A stretch of 62,365 nt of DNA from Gammaproteobacteria bacterium (GTDB taxonomy: Bacteria; Pseudomonadota; Gammaproteobacteria; Eutrophobiales; Eutrophobiaceae). Of the stretch, positions 1 through 9,560 are shown in pieces. The notes below the pieces were generated by a model. It ran no database searches, was not told the origin of the DNA, and saw only the letters and a list, made by a program, of their open reading frames with translations. The stretch lies in NCBI GenBank assembly GCA_038922795.1, contig JBCKWI010000004.1, positions 1 through 62,365 of the forward strand, given 5' to 3'. Position numbers and translations under genes: made by a program. Each line of letters opens with the position of its first letter. Within the stretch, counting starts at the first letter, position 1.

Positions 1-2
1 AC

Positions 3-440
3 AAGGAGCCCTACGTCTGGCTGTTGATCCTGTTTCCGCTCTCTGCCGTGGTCATGGGCATCATCATGATAGCGCTCGCCATCAGGTCCAATGATGGCCT
101 GGTCGTTGATGATTATTACAAACAGGGCCTGGAAATAAACATGGCACTGGAAAGAGATCGGGCTGCTGTATATTACGGCATAGCTATGGATCTTTCAGTG
201 GATGAAAAAGGAGACAGGATCACAGTTCATCTCAATGGTAATCAAATATTCACTATGCCGGAAACTCTGCATGCCGGATTTATACACAGGACCAGGGGCG
301 GTTTTGATCAAGCGCTAACCCTCACCCGGTCACATGATGAATACTATCATGGCAGTCTACCTGCACTGGCCAGGGGTAACTGGGATGTGTTGATAGAAGC
401 TGACAACTGGCGGAAATTTATGGAATACTCCGTCAAATAA
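3..440 (+). CDS. fixH: FixH/CcoH family protein (cbb3 oxidase assembly), 5'-truncated by window edge
   Basis: Frame is open from base 3 (KEPYVWLLILFP...). N-terminal TM helix followed by the FixH-typical DGLVVDDYYKQGLEIN motif. Confidence 0.8.
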   Translation, partial: KEPYVWLLILFPLSAVVMGIIMIALAIRSNDGLVVDDYYKQGLEINMALERDRAAVYYGIAMDLSVDEKGDRITVHLNGNQIFTMPETLHAGFIHRTRGGFDQALTLTRSHDEYYHGSLPALARGNWDVLIEADNWRKFMEYSVK

Positions 441-555
441 ATTCCGCCAATGGCAAAGCTGGTGAAACAAATCAAGGATTTGATATCTGGTTAGTATTTT
501 AAAAGGCTGTTAATCAGGAGAGACGGCAGGCATCAAGATAGCCGATTCTTATATT

Positions 556-1887
556 CTAGTTACAGGTTTCACCAGCAATCTTTCCATAAAGATCATACTC
601 ATCCGCCTGGTCAATTGTGATCTTGACTAGATCACCTGGTTGCAGTTTTGTTGTATTTTCAATAAAGACATTCCCGTCAATCTCCGGTGCATCGGCATAA
701 CTACGGCCTATGATTGCATCGGCATTGACTTCATCAATTAATACTTCAAGAGTCTGGCCGATACGGCTTTGCAGTTTTTGTTGGCTGATAGTCTGCTGTG
801 TCTGCATAAAACGATCCCAGCGTTCCTGTTTGATCTCATCCGGTATGTGATCATCCAGTTCATTTGCGCGTGCGCCTGCAACAGGTGAATACTGGAAACA
901 GCCCACGCGATCGAGTTGCGCTTCAGAAAGAAAGTCCAGCAGGATTTCAAAATCATCATCCGTTTCACCCGGAAATCCGACAATGAAAGTAGAACGGATT
1001 GCGATCTCCGGACAGATCTCGCGCCATTGCTGAATACGTGTCAGAGTATCTTCAGCAGCGGCAGGCCGGCGCATGGCTTTCAATATCTTCGGGCTGCCAT
1101 GTTGAAACGGGATATCCAGGTAGGGCAGCAGTTTCCCTTCAGCCATCAACGGAATGATGTTATCGACATGCGGATAAGGATAGACATAATGCAGACGTAT
1201 CCAGATCCCGAAACTGCTCAAACCCTCACACAATCCCTGCATGCTGGATTTCAACGGGCGGCCGTTCCAGAAGCCGGTCCTGTATTTAATGTCAGAACCA
1301 TAGGCGCTGGTGTCTTGGGAGATGATCAGTAATTCTTTCACACCGGCCCGCACCAGCCCTTCCGCTTCACGCATCACATCATCAACCGGACGGCTGACCA
1401 GTTTGCCGCGCATGGACGGGATGATGCAGAAAGTGCATTTATGATTGCAGCCTTCTGATATTTTTAAATAGGCATAATGCCTTGGTGTCAGTTTGATGCC
1501 CTGGGGTGGCACCAGATCGCCAAACGGATCATGCGGTCGTTCATAAGGTGCATGAGTGTGGACGGCGGAAACAACCTGTTCGTATTGTTGTGGCCCGCTC
1601 ACACTGAGCACCTGTGGATGAATGGCGCGGATATCATCTTCATGCACGCCCAGGCAACCGGTGACGATCACCTTGCCGTTTTCACGAATCGCCTCACCGA
1701 TGGTCTCCAGTGATTCCGCTTTGGCCGCATCGATGAACCCACAGGTATTGACCACGACCACATCGGCGGAGTCATAACTCGGTACGATGTCGTAGCCGTC
1801 GATGCGTAATTGCGTCAGGATGCGTTCAGAATCAACCAGCGCCTTGGGGCAACCCAGGCTGATAAAACCGATTTTGGGGGATGTCAC
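556..1887 (-). CDS. rimO: Ribosomal protein S12 methylthiotransferase
   Basis: N-terminal [12 protein letters not shown], radical-SAM CNHKCTFC motif, C-terminal TRAM domain (APEIDG); 443 aa. Confidence 0.97.
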   Translation of the reverse strand: MTSPKIGFISLGCPKALVDSERILTQLRIDGYDIVPSYDSADVVVVNTCGFIDAAKAESLETIGEAIRENGKVIVTGCLGVHEDDIRAIHPQVLSVSGPQQYEQVVSAVHTHAPYERPHDPFGDLVPPQGIKLTPRHYAYLKISEGCNHKCTFCIIPSMRGKLVSRPVDDVMREAEGLVRAGVKELLIISQDTSAYGSDIKYRTGFWNGRPLKSSMQGLCEGLSSFGIWIRLHYVYPYPHVDNIIPLMAEGKLLPYLDIPFQHGSPKILKAMRRPAAAEDTLTRIQQWREICPEIAIRSTFIVGFPGETDDDFEILLDFLSEAQLDRVGCFQYSPVAGARANELDDHIPDEIKQERWDRFMQTQQTISQQKLQSRIGQTLEVLIDEVNADAIIGRSYADAPEIDGNVFIENTTKLQPGDLVKITIDQADEYDLYGKIAGETCN

Positions 1888-1978
1888 GGAAACCTCTGCT
1901 TATCAATTAATGCACAAATATACAGCGATAACATTATGAGTTAGAAAGATATCTGACAAATTACCCAAACCTGACTTT

Positions 1979-2004
1979 TTTATGTTGTTTTTACACAACA
2001 TAAA
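1979..2004. promoter_or_regulatory. Perfect 10-bp inverted repeat with 6-nt spacer, candidate operator
   Basis: TTTATGTTGT-TTTTAC-ACAACATAAA in the intergenic region upstream of rimO. Confidence 0.45.
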
Positions 2005-2182
2005 TTTATATAAGGCCTGATATTCTCATTATTATTGTTGCAATAATATCTCATATGAAATGCTGACGATGTGAAACCAAATAATGACGGTTGTGGAGAT
2101 GCCGATAGTGGCGTATTAAACCATGGTCCTTTCCTGAGAATTAACTGGTATTACTGATACTCGAGAAAAAGGCTTGTACAGT

Positions 2183-2210
2183 AAAGAGGAGGCAATGCCT
2201 CCTCTTTTTT
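2183..2210 (+). terminator. Rho-independent terminator, stronger on + strand, possibly bidirectional
   Basis: AAAGAGGAGGC-AAT-GCCTCCTCTTT hairpin. The T tract is TTTTTT on + and only TTT on -. Confidence 0.75.
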
Positions 2211-3735
2211 ATTTATACAGCGCGTGATAGGGATCGGAAAAACCACTGTCATTGGGAATTACCAAATCATTCGGTACTTTCTTATTAATCCCCAGAAATG
2301 TCATTATATTATTAATATTTTCGGTTGGCTTCGTTACCAGGCTCTCATATTCTATTGTTAATATCGCATTGGGGAATTTTATTCTCCATATGTCTGCGAG
2401 ATCATAATACCACTTGATATAGTCCAGGCTCCAATTGATATCGTATGAGTGAAAATGCGAATTACGATAGTGTTTGAAATACATCCTGAACGCCGTATCA
2501 AGCGGGTTTCTTTTCAAGAAAATAAATTTTGCTTTCGGTAAGGCATAAACAATAGCAGGAACGGCAGTGATTAACCCTGGAGTTGTCGTCGTAAATATTT
2601 TAGTCCCTTGTGTAGTTTCACGGAACATCGATCTATAACAAGATACAAATTCCGGAAGTAATTGATCAGGTAAAAATGGTAGAAATGTTGCGGGTAATCT
2701 GTCCCCTGTGTTGAATGCCCGGCTTGTGGCATTGGAAAGCAGTTTATTTTCAAAACCGAGCTTGATACCAGGTATCCATTCAAGAGCCTTTTCAAGGCAG
2801 GATTTCCCCGATCTTGAAGGACCAAGCATATACAGGGGCAGTGTTTCAGGTTCATCATCGCTGATTGGCGGGACATTAAATTCAGTATCTTTAGCCCAAC
2901 GCAGTATATTTTCTTCCCAATTTTTATCATCCAGATGTTTGTTGCCAATAGTTAGTTTGACTCTTTCATTGGCCTTAGAAATTTCAGACCATGCTTGAGC
3001 ATATTTCTTTTCCATATGATAAAATCTTGCCAAAGAAAAAAGCCGTTGTGTTTCTTCTTCTCCTTCAGCATTTAAATTATTAGCAATAGTAATATAACGT
3101 TTTACATTTTTCTGAATTAAAGATTTTGGAAATGCTGATAATAAATAAATGAAATTATTCTTTTTGGAGCCAGATCCAGAAATAAATTTTTCTATCAGTT
3201 CCAGTGATTCTTTATATTTTCCTATAGCTTCGTAGCTTTCTATTAACTTAAGCGCAATTTCCTCATTTTGAGGATCTGCATGCAGGCATTTCTCAAACTC
3301 GATTGCCGAATTTATATATTCATGATTTTTAAGAAGTATTTTGCCTTTATTTAAAAAGTGAACATCAGAATGTTGTTTAATCCCGTATTTTTTTCCAACT
3401 ATTTCAATTAATTCAGAGAGGTCTTGCCCTGTTTCGAAAAATTCTAATTCATATGTCAATGCCTCAAGATTAAGTAATGAGAAATAATCACTTTGGTCCC
3501 CACTTAATGCCAAGGCGAGATGTTGAAACGCAGAATAAAATTGTTTCTGTTCTATGTAGATTTTTGCGAGCTCTCTATGTGCTGCATAATACTTGGGGAA
3601 ATTTGTAATCAATTCCTTACATATTTTTTCCGATTCCTTGTATTCTCCTTTATTAGAAAGGTTTTTGGCACGCATTAAAGTATTGTATGCGGATTCAATA
3701 TCTTTGAGCTTAAAAGAAAGATCATTTTCTTTCAT
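2209..3735 (-). CDS. TPR-repeat protein with C-terminal sulfotransferase-family (P-loop fold) domain
   Basis: Helical TPR-like N-terminal half. MLGPSRSGKSCLEKAL resembles the 5'-PSB loop and FIFLKRNPLDTAFRMY the 3'-PB motif. Start moved to ATG 3735 because the longer ORF runs into the tRNA. AT-rich. Confidence 0.7.
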   Translation of the reverse strand: MKENDLSFKLKDIESAYNTLMRAKNLSNKGEYKESEKICKELITNFPKYYAAHRELAKIYIEQKQFYSAFQHLALALSGDQSDYFSLLNLEALTYELEFFETGQDLSELIEIVGKKYGIKQHSDVHFLNKGKILLKNHEYINSAIEFEKCLHADPQNEEIALKLIESYEAIGKYKESLELIEKFISGSGSKKNNFIYLLSAFPKSLIQKNVKRYITIANNLNAEGEEETQRLFSLARFYHMEKKYAQAWSEISKANERVKLTIGNKHLDDKNWEENILRWAKDTEFNVPPISDDEPETLPLYMLGPSRSGKSCLEKALEWIPGIKLGFENKLLSNATSRAFNTGDRLPATFLPFLPDQLLPEFVSCYRSMFRETTQGTKIFTTTTPGLITAVPAIVYALPKAKFIFLKRNPLDTAFRMYFKHYRNSHFHSYDINWSLDYIKWYYDLADIWRIKFPNAILTIEYESLVTKPTENINNIMTFLGINKKVPNDLVIPNDSGFSDPYHALYK

Positions 3736-3763
3736 AATTGTATATTTATTCTTAATTATTGAT

Positions 3764-3850
3764 TGGTGCCGGGGAAGGGAATCGAACCCCCACATGGTCA
3801 CCCATACCAGATTTTGAGTCTGGCGCGTCTACCAGTTCCGCCACCCCGGC
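3764..3850 (-). tRNA. tRNA-Leu (CAA)
   Basis: Reverse complement gives GCCGGGG acceptor stem, D-loop GGAACTGGTAGAC, anticodon arm CCAGA-CTCAAAA-TCTGG, long variable arm, GGTTCGATTCC T-arm and encoded CCA; 87 nt. Confidence 0.97.
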
Positions 3851-3936
3851 ATGTATAGGAATGCGGACGGCAAGTATAAGCAAAGCAGCGTTCCGGGAAA
3901 ACCGTTTTATCCGGTTTTCTGTTAACATCGCCCGCC

Positions 3937-4968
3937 ATGCGTAGGGATGAGTTCTCATACCCGTTGCCTGAAGAATTGATTGCCCAGTTCCCGTCCGGGA
4001 CCCGGGGCGAGAGCCGGTTGTTATGTCTGGATAGACAAAGTGGGAGTCTGGGAGACATGCAGTTTTCAGATCTGGTTGATTTGTTGTCACCGGATGATCT
4101 GCTGGTATTGAATGATACGCGAGTTATTCCGGCGCGGCTTTATGGACACAAGGAAACAGGCGGCAGGATTGAGATCATGGTCGAGCGTATTCTGGGAGAA
4201 TCCCGTTTAATCGCCCAGATGCGTTTCAGTAAACCACCCAAAACCGGCACACAGTTAACACTCGATAATGATCTGAAGCTGGATATCATCGGCAGGCAGG
4301 GCGGACTGTTTATCCTTGAACTGCATGGCGGTGGACGGGTCAGTGAGGTATTGGCGGAGATTGGCCATATGCCACTGCCGCCATATATACAAAGAGAAGA
4401 CAGTCAGATCGATCAGGAGCGTTACCAGACTGTCTATGCGAGACAACCGGGCGCAGTTGCTGCCCCGACTGCGGGACTGCATTTTTCAGATGCGATTTTG
4501 CGTAGACTTGATCAACGCGGCATAGCAACAGCTTACCTTACACTGCATGTGGGGGCAGGTACCTTTCAGCCGGTGCGCACAGAAAATATAGAAGATCACA
4601 AGCTGCACAGTGAATACCTTGAGGTTCCAGCAGCAGTCTGTGAAAAAGTGAGTCATGCAAAAAAATGCGGTGGCCGGGTGATTGCTGTGGGCACGACCTC
4701 GGTGCGGAGCCTTGAGACCGCAGCACAATCAGGCAGGCTGCAACCCTATACCGGGGAGACCGATATTTTTATTACACCGGGTTATGAGTTTAAGGTGGTA
4801 GATAGTTTGATTACCAATTTTCACCTGCCCGAATCGACATTATTAATGTTAGTGTGTGCCTTTGCCGGACGCGACAATGTATTGAAGGCATATCAACATG
4901 CAATTGACCAGCGCTATCGTTTTTTCAGTTATGGTGATGCGATGTTTATAACAAAAAATGACATGTGA
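3937..4968 (+). CDS. queA: S-adenosylmethionine:tRNA ribosyltransferase-isomerase
   Basis: PEELIAQFP, NDTRVIPARL, YQTVYA..PGAVAAPTAGLHF, TNFHLPESTL, YRFFSYGDAM motifs. Confidence 0.98.
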   Translation: MRRDEFSYPLPEELIAQFPSGTRGESRLLCLDRQSGSLGDMQFSDLVDLLSPDDLLVLNDTRVIPARLYGHKETGGRIEIMVERILGESRLIAQMRFSKPPKTGTQLTLDNDLKLDIIGRQGGLFILELHGGGRVSEVLAEIGHMPLPPYIQREDSQIDQERYQTVYARQPGAVAAPTAGLHFSDAILRRLDQRGIATAYLTLHVGAGTFQPVRTENIEDHKLHSEYLEVPAAVCEKVSHAKKCGGRVIAVGTTSVRSLETAAQSGRLQPYTGETDIFITPGYEFKVVDSLITNFHLPESTLLMLVCAFAGRDNVLKAYQHAIDQRYRFFSYGDAMFITKNDM

Positions 4969-5007
4969 AATGAATTCAGTACAAATTACCCGCAAAATAT
5001 TAATCCC

Positions 5008-5104
5008 TCCCTCCCCCTTGCAGGGGGAGGGTCTGGGTGGGGGTATGAATATTACAGGTAGAGATTTCACCCCCATCCTGGCTTTCCCCCTCAAGGGGGA
5101 AGGA
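5008..5104. repeat. Two inverted copies of a GC-rich REP-like palindromic element (5008-5044 and 5069-5104)
   Basis: Copy 1 is TCCCTCCCCCTTGCAGGGGGAGGGTCTGGGTGGGGGT. Copy 2 reverse-complemented is TCCTTCCCCCTTGAGGGGGAAAGCCAGGATGGGGGT. Each has an internal hairpin. Confidence 0.75.
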
Positions 5105-5129
5105 ATCTGTATTTAAAATACATTCATAG

Positions 5130-6284
<1,155 letters not shown>

Positions 6285-6313
6285 TAGCGCGCTTTAAATT
6301 TCAGGGTGTCTTC

Positions 6314-6643
6314 ATGTTAGAGTTCTTCATACAAAATGCCTGGGCACAGGAAGCCCCGCCGGCGGGAAGTGGCTTTATGAGCCTGTTACCGTTGGTCCTT
6401 ATTTTCGTTGTGTTTTACTTTTTCCTGATCCGGCCGCAGATGAAGCAGGCCAGGGAACACAAACAGATGGTCGAGGCGCTGGCCAAGGGCGATGAAGTTG
6501 TCACCAGCGGCGGCATGCTGGGCAAGATTACCAAAATAGGCGACAGCTTTATTCATGTTGAAATTGCCCCGAATATTGAGGTGAAGGTACAAAAACATTC
6601 TGTCTCTGCGATCCTGCCAAAAGGGACCATCAAGACACTTTGA
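6314..6643 (+). CDS. yajC: Preprotein translocase subunit YajC
   Basis: FYFFLIRPQ, LAKGDEVVTSGG motifs; tgt-yajC-secDF synteny. Confidence 0.96.
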   Translation: MLEFFIQNAWAQEAPPAGSGFMSLLPLVLIFVVFYFFLIRPQMKQAREHKQMVEALAKGDEVVTSGGMLGKITKIGDSFIHVEIAPNIEVKVQKHSVSAILPKGTIKTL

Positions 6644-6690
6644 AGCAATTAATAATAATCAGAAGAAATTAATTTTTAGCTAATCACATT

Positions 6691-8550
6691 ATGAATCGTT
6701 ACCCAACCTGGAAATACGTGTTGATCGCCATTATTATCATAATCGGCATTATTTATTCCTTTCCGAATATCTACGGTAGCGATCCTGCACTGCAAATATC
6801 CTCTTCACGTGGCGCGGAAATCAGTGAACTTACCGAGTTACAGGTGCAGGTTGCATTTGACGAGGCCGGTATCAAACCGGAGAGTTATGAGATCAACCCG
6901 AATAATCTCCTGATCAGGTTCAAGGATGAAGAAATACAACTCAGGGCACAGGATATTGCCAGGAACGCCCTGGACAGAAGTTATGTGGTCGCACTCAATC
7001 TTGCTCCATCCACGCCTGGCTGGTTGCGAAAACTGGGTGCTGAACCGATGTTTCTCGGTCTCGATTTACGTGGTGGTGTGCACTTCCTGATGGAAGTTGA
7101 TATGGATGCCGCAATCAGCAAGGCGGAAGAACGCTATGTCTCAGACTTCCGCAGTTTATTTCGTGAGAACAAAATCCGTTACCGGACCATCAGCCGCAGG
7201 GATCAGGGTGGTGTGCTGGTTCGTTTCCAGAATTCCGCCGAGCAGGAAAATGGCGTCAGGCTGATCAATAAGGATTATCCTGAAGTACAGGTGAACAGCA
7301 GCGTAAGTGAAAGCGGTGAATTCCATGCCGTTGTTACCCTGTCAGAACAATCCATAGTCGAGACCAGGACGAATGCGTTACAGCAAAATATCATCACACT
7401 GCGCAAACGCGTTAACGAACTCGGTGTTGCCGAACCGGTAATACAACAACAAGGGGATCGCCGGGTGGTGGTTGAGTTACCCGGTGTACAGGATACCGCA
7501 CGTGCGAAGGATATCCTGGGTGCAACAGCGACACTGGAATTCCGTATGGTGGATGACGCTCATTCCGTTCAGGATGCACTGGATGGCCGGGTGCCGGCCG
7601 GGTCAAGGCTTTATCATGACAGGGATGGCCAGCCCATGTTGCTGAGCAAACAGGTGCTCCTGACCGGCGATCATATTATTGATGCAGCATCCGGTATTGA
7701 TCAGACGAGTGGTGGCCCGGATGTGACTATCACACTGGATGGTAAAGGTGCCCTTATCTTCAGCGCCGCAACACGCGATGAGGTGGGCAAGCGTATGGCG
7801 GTGGTTTTCATTGAAACCAAGACTGAAACCGTTATGGAGGAGGGTGTAGCGGTAAAGAAAAAGGAAAACGTTGAAGAAGTCATCAATGCCGCCACCATCA
7901 AGGAACAATTGGGTAAAAGATTTCATATCACCGGTCTCGACTCAACCCAGGAGGCACGCAATCTGTCCCTGTTATTACGTGCCGGCGCCCTGGCTGCGCC
8001 GATAGAGATCATTGAAGAACGGACGGTCGGCCCAAGTCTGGGGCAGGATAATATCAAACAGGGCTATGAGTCTGTAATCATTGGTTTTATCCTGGTACTG
8101 ATTTTTATGGCTGTTTACTACAAGGTCTTCGGCCTGATTGCCAATGTGGCATTGACACTGACTGTTGTTCTGCTCGTTGCATTAATGTCGATGTTGCAGG
8201 CAACGCTCACCATGCCGGGTATTGCCGGTATTGTATTGACAGTAGGTATGTCAGTGGACGCCAACGTGCTTATCTTTGAGCGTATACGTGAAGAACTCAG
8301 TAACAGAAATACACCGCATGCAAGTATCCACGCCGGATTTGAAAAGGCATTTTCATCCATTGCTGATGCCAATATCACTACCCTGATTGCGGCGTTGGTA
8401 TTATTCAGTTTTGGCACCGGACCCATCAAGGGTTTTGCTGTGACATTATCCCTGGGCATTATTTGTTCCATGTTTACCGCTATCATTGTTACCCGGGCAA
8501 TTATCAATCTGCTCTATGGCGGACGTAAATTACAGAAATTAACGATTTAA
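6691..8550 (+). CDS. secD: Protein translocase subunit SecD
   Basis: LGLDLRGG, RVNELGVAEP, LLRAGALAAP, GMSVDANVLIFERIREE. Confidence 0.98.
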   Translation: MNRYPTWKYVLIAIIIIIGIIYSFPNIYGSDPALQISSSRGAEISELTELQVQVAFDEAGIKPESYEINPNNLLIRFKDEEIQLRAQDIARNALDRSYVVALNLAPSTPGWLRKLGAEPMFLGLDLRGGVHFLMEVDMDAAISKAEERYVSDFRSLFRENKIRYRTISRRDQGGVLVRFQNSAEQENGVRLINKDYPEVQVNSSVSESGEFHAVVTLSEQSIVETRTNALQQNIITLRKRVNELGVAEPVIQQQGDRRVVVELPGVQDTARAKDILGATATLEFRMVDDAHSVQDALDGRVPAGSRLYHDRDGQPMLLSKQVLLTGDHIIDAASGIDQTSGGPDVTITLDGKGALIFSAATRDEVGKRMAVVFIETKTETVMEEGVAVKKKENVEEVINAATIKEQLGKRFHITGLDSTQEARNLSLLLRAGALAAPIEIIEERTVGPSLGQDNIKQGYESVIIGFILVLIFMAVYYKVFGLIANVALTLTVVLLVALMSMLQATLTMPGIAGIVLTVGMSVDANVLIFERIREELSNRNTPHASIHAGFEKAFSSIADANITTLIAALVLFSFGTGPIKGFAVTLSLGIICSMFTAIIVTRAIINLLYGGRKLQKLTI

Positions 8551-8563
8551 CAAGACTGCCACT

Positions 8564-9496
8564 ATGGAATTTTTCTCAAAAACAAATATAGATTTCATGG
8601 GCAAGCGCAAGCTGGCCTTTGTCTTTTCCGCAACACTGGTCATATTGTCCATATTATTTTTCTTTACGCGTGGGCTGAATTACGGTATCGACTTTACCGG
8701 TGGGACCATTGTTGAATTTAGTTATGTGCAAGCGGCCGATTTGGCCAAGGTCCGCGGTATTCTGGTCCAGTCTGAATTCAAAGATGCCATTGTCCAATAT
8801 TATGGTTCGGCAACTGACGTATTGGTGCGTATTCCCCCGCATGCAGGGTTGAACAGTGCGGATATCAGCGACAAATTAATCGAACTGCTCGGCAGCAGCG
8901 GCAAATCCATTGAAATACGAAGGGTTGAATTTGTCGGACCGCAGGTCGGTGATGAGCTTAAGGAAGACGGCGGCTTGGCCATGATCTATGCTTTGCTAGG
9001 TATCCTGATTTATGTCGCCCTGCGTTTTCAGACCAAGTTTTCTGTTGGCGCCATTGTGGCACTTGCGCATGATGTCATTATTACGGTCGGTTTTTTCGCA
9101 GTGACACAATTGAATTTTGATCTAACGGTGCTGGCTGCCATTCTGGCAGTGATTGGTTATTCGCTGAATGACACTATTGTTGTGTTCGATCGCATCCGTG
9201 AGAATTTTCACAAACTGCGCAAGGCCGCACCTGTCGAAGTGATGAATATCTCCCTTAATGAGACATTGAGCCGCACCATCATGACAGGTGTAACCACCCT
9301 GCTGGTGTTGTTGGCCCTGTTTTTCCTTGGCGGTGAAGCACTGCACGGCTTCTCCCTGGCATTGATCCTGGGGATCCTGATTGGAACTTATTCATCTATC
9401 TATGTCGCCAGCCCGATCACACTGGCGTTGGGTGTCAGCAAACAGGACTTGATGCCAGTGGTGAAAGAAGGCGCGGAACTGGATAAGCGTCCATAA
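8564..9496 (+). CDS. secF: Protein translocase subunit SecF
   Basis: GIDFTGG, VGPQVG, GYSLNDTIVVFDRIREN. Confidence 0.98.
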   Translation: MEFFSKTNIDFMGKRKLAFVFSATLVILSILFFFTRGLNYGIDFTGGTIVEFSYVQAADLAKVRGILVQSEFKDAIVQYYGSATDVLVRIPPHAGLNSADISDKLIELLGSSGKSIEIRRVEFVGPQVGDELKEDGGLAMIYALLGILIYVALRFQTKFSVGAIVALAHDVIITVGFFAVTQLNFDLTVLAAILAVIGYSLNDTIVVFDRIRENFHKLRKAAPVEVMNISLNETLSRTIMTGVTTLLVLLALFFLGGEALHGFSLALILGILIGTYSSIYVASPITLALGVSKQDLMPVVKEGAELDKRP

Positions 9497-9560
9497 CAGT
9501 TCTGCCTACCGCCCCGGATCAGCGGTGATAAAATAAATAAGCAAACTTCAAAGGTAATTG

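Noticed and set aside
2063-2076. CTGACGA-TGT-GAAA resembles a hammerhead ribozyme core
   Set aside because: Only 3 nt separate the two core motifs, so stem II cannot form, and I found no stem I/III pairings.
1888-2208. attL/attR direct repeat of the tRNA-Leu 3' end
   Set aside because: No copy of TGGTGCCGGGG or adjacent tRNA sequence was found, and there is no integrase, so no mobile element is called.
2050-2210. CsrB/RsmZ-type sRNA, suggested by GacA-box-like spacing upstream
   Set aside because: Only two GGA motifs are present; these sRNAs carry many GGA loops.
3752-4090. ORFs 3752-4090 (-), 3759-3944 (+), 3798-4058 (-) and the 22-codon N-terminal extension of the sulfotransferase ORF
   Set aside because: They are translations through the tRNA-Leu gene or antisense to queA.
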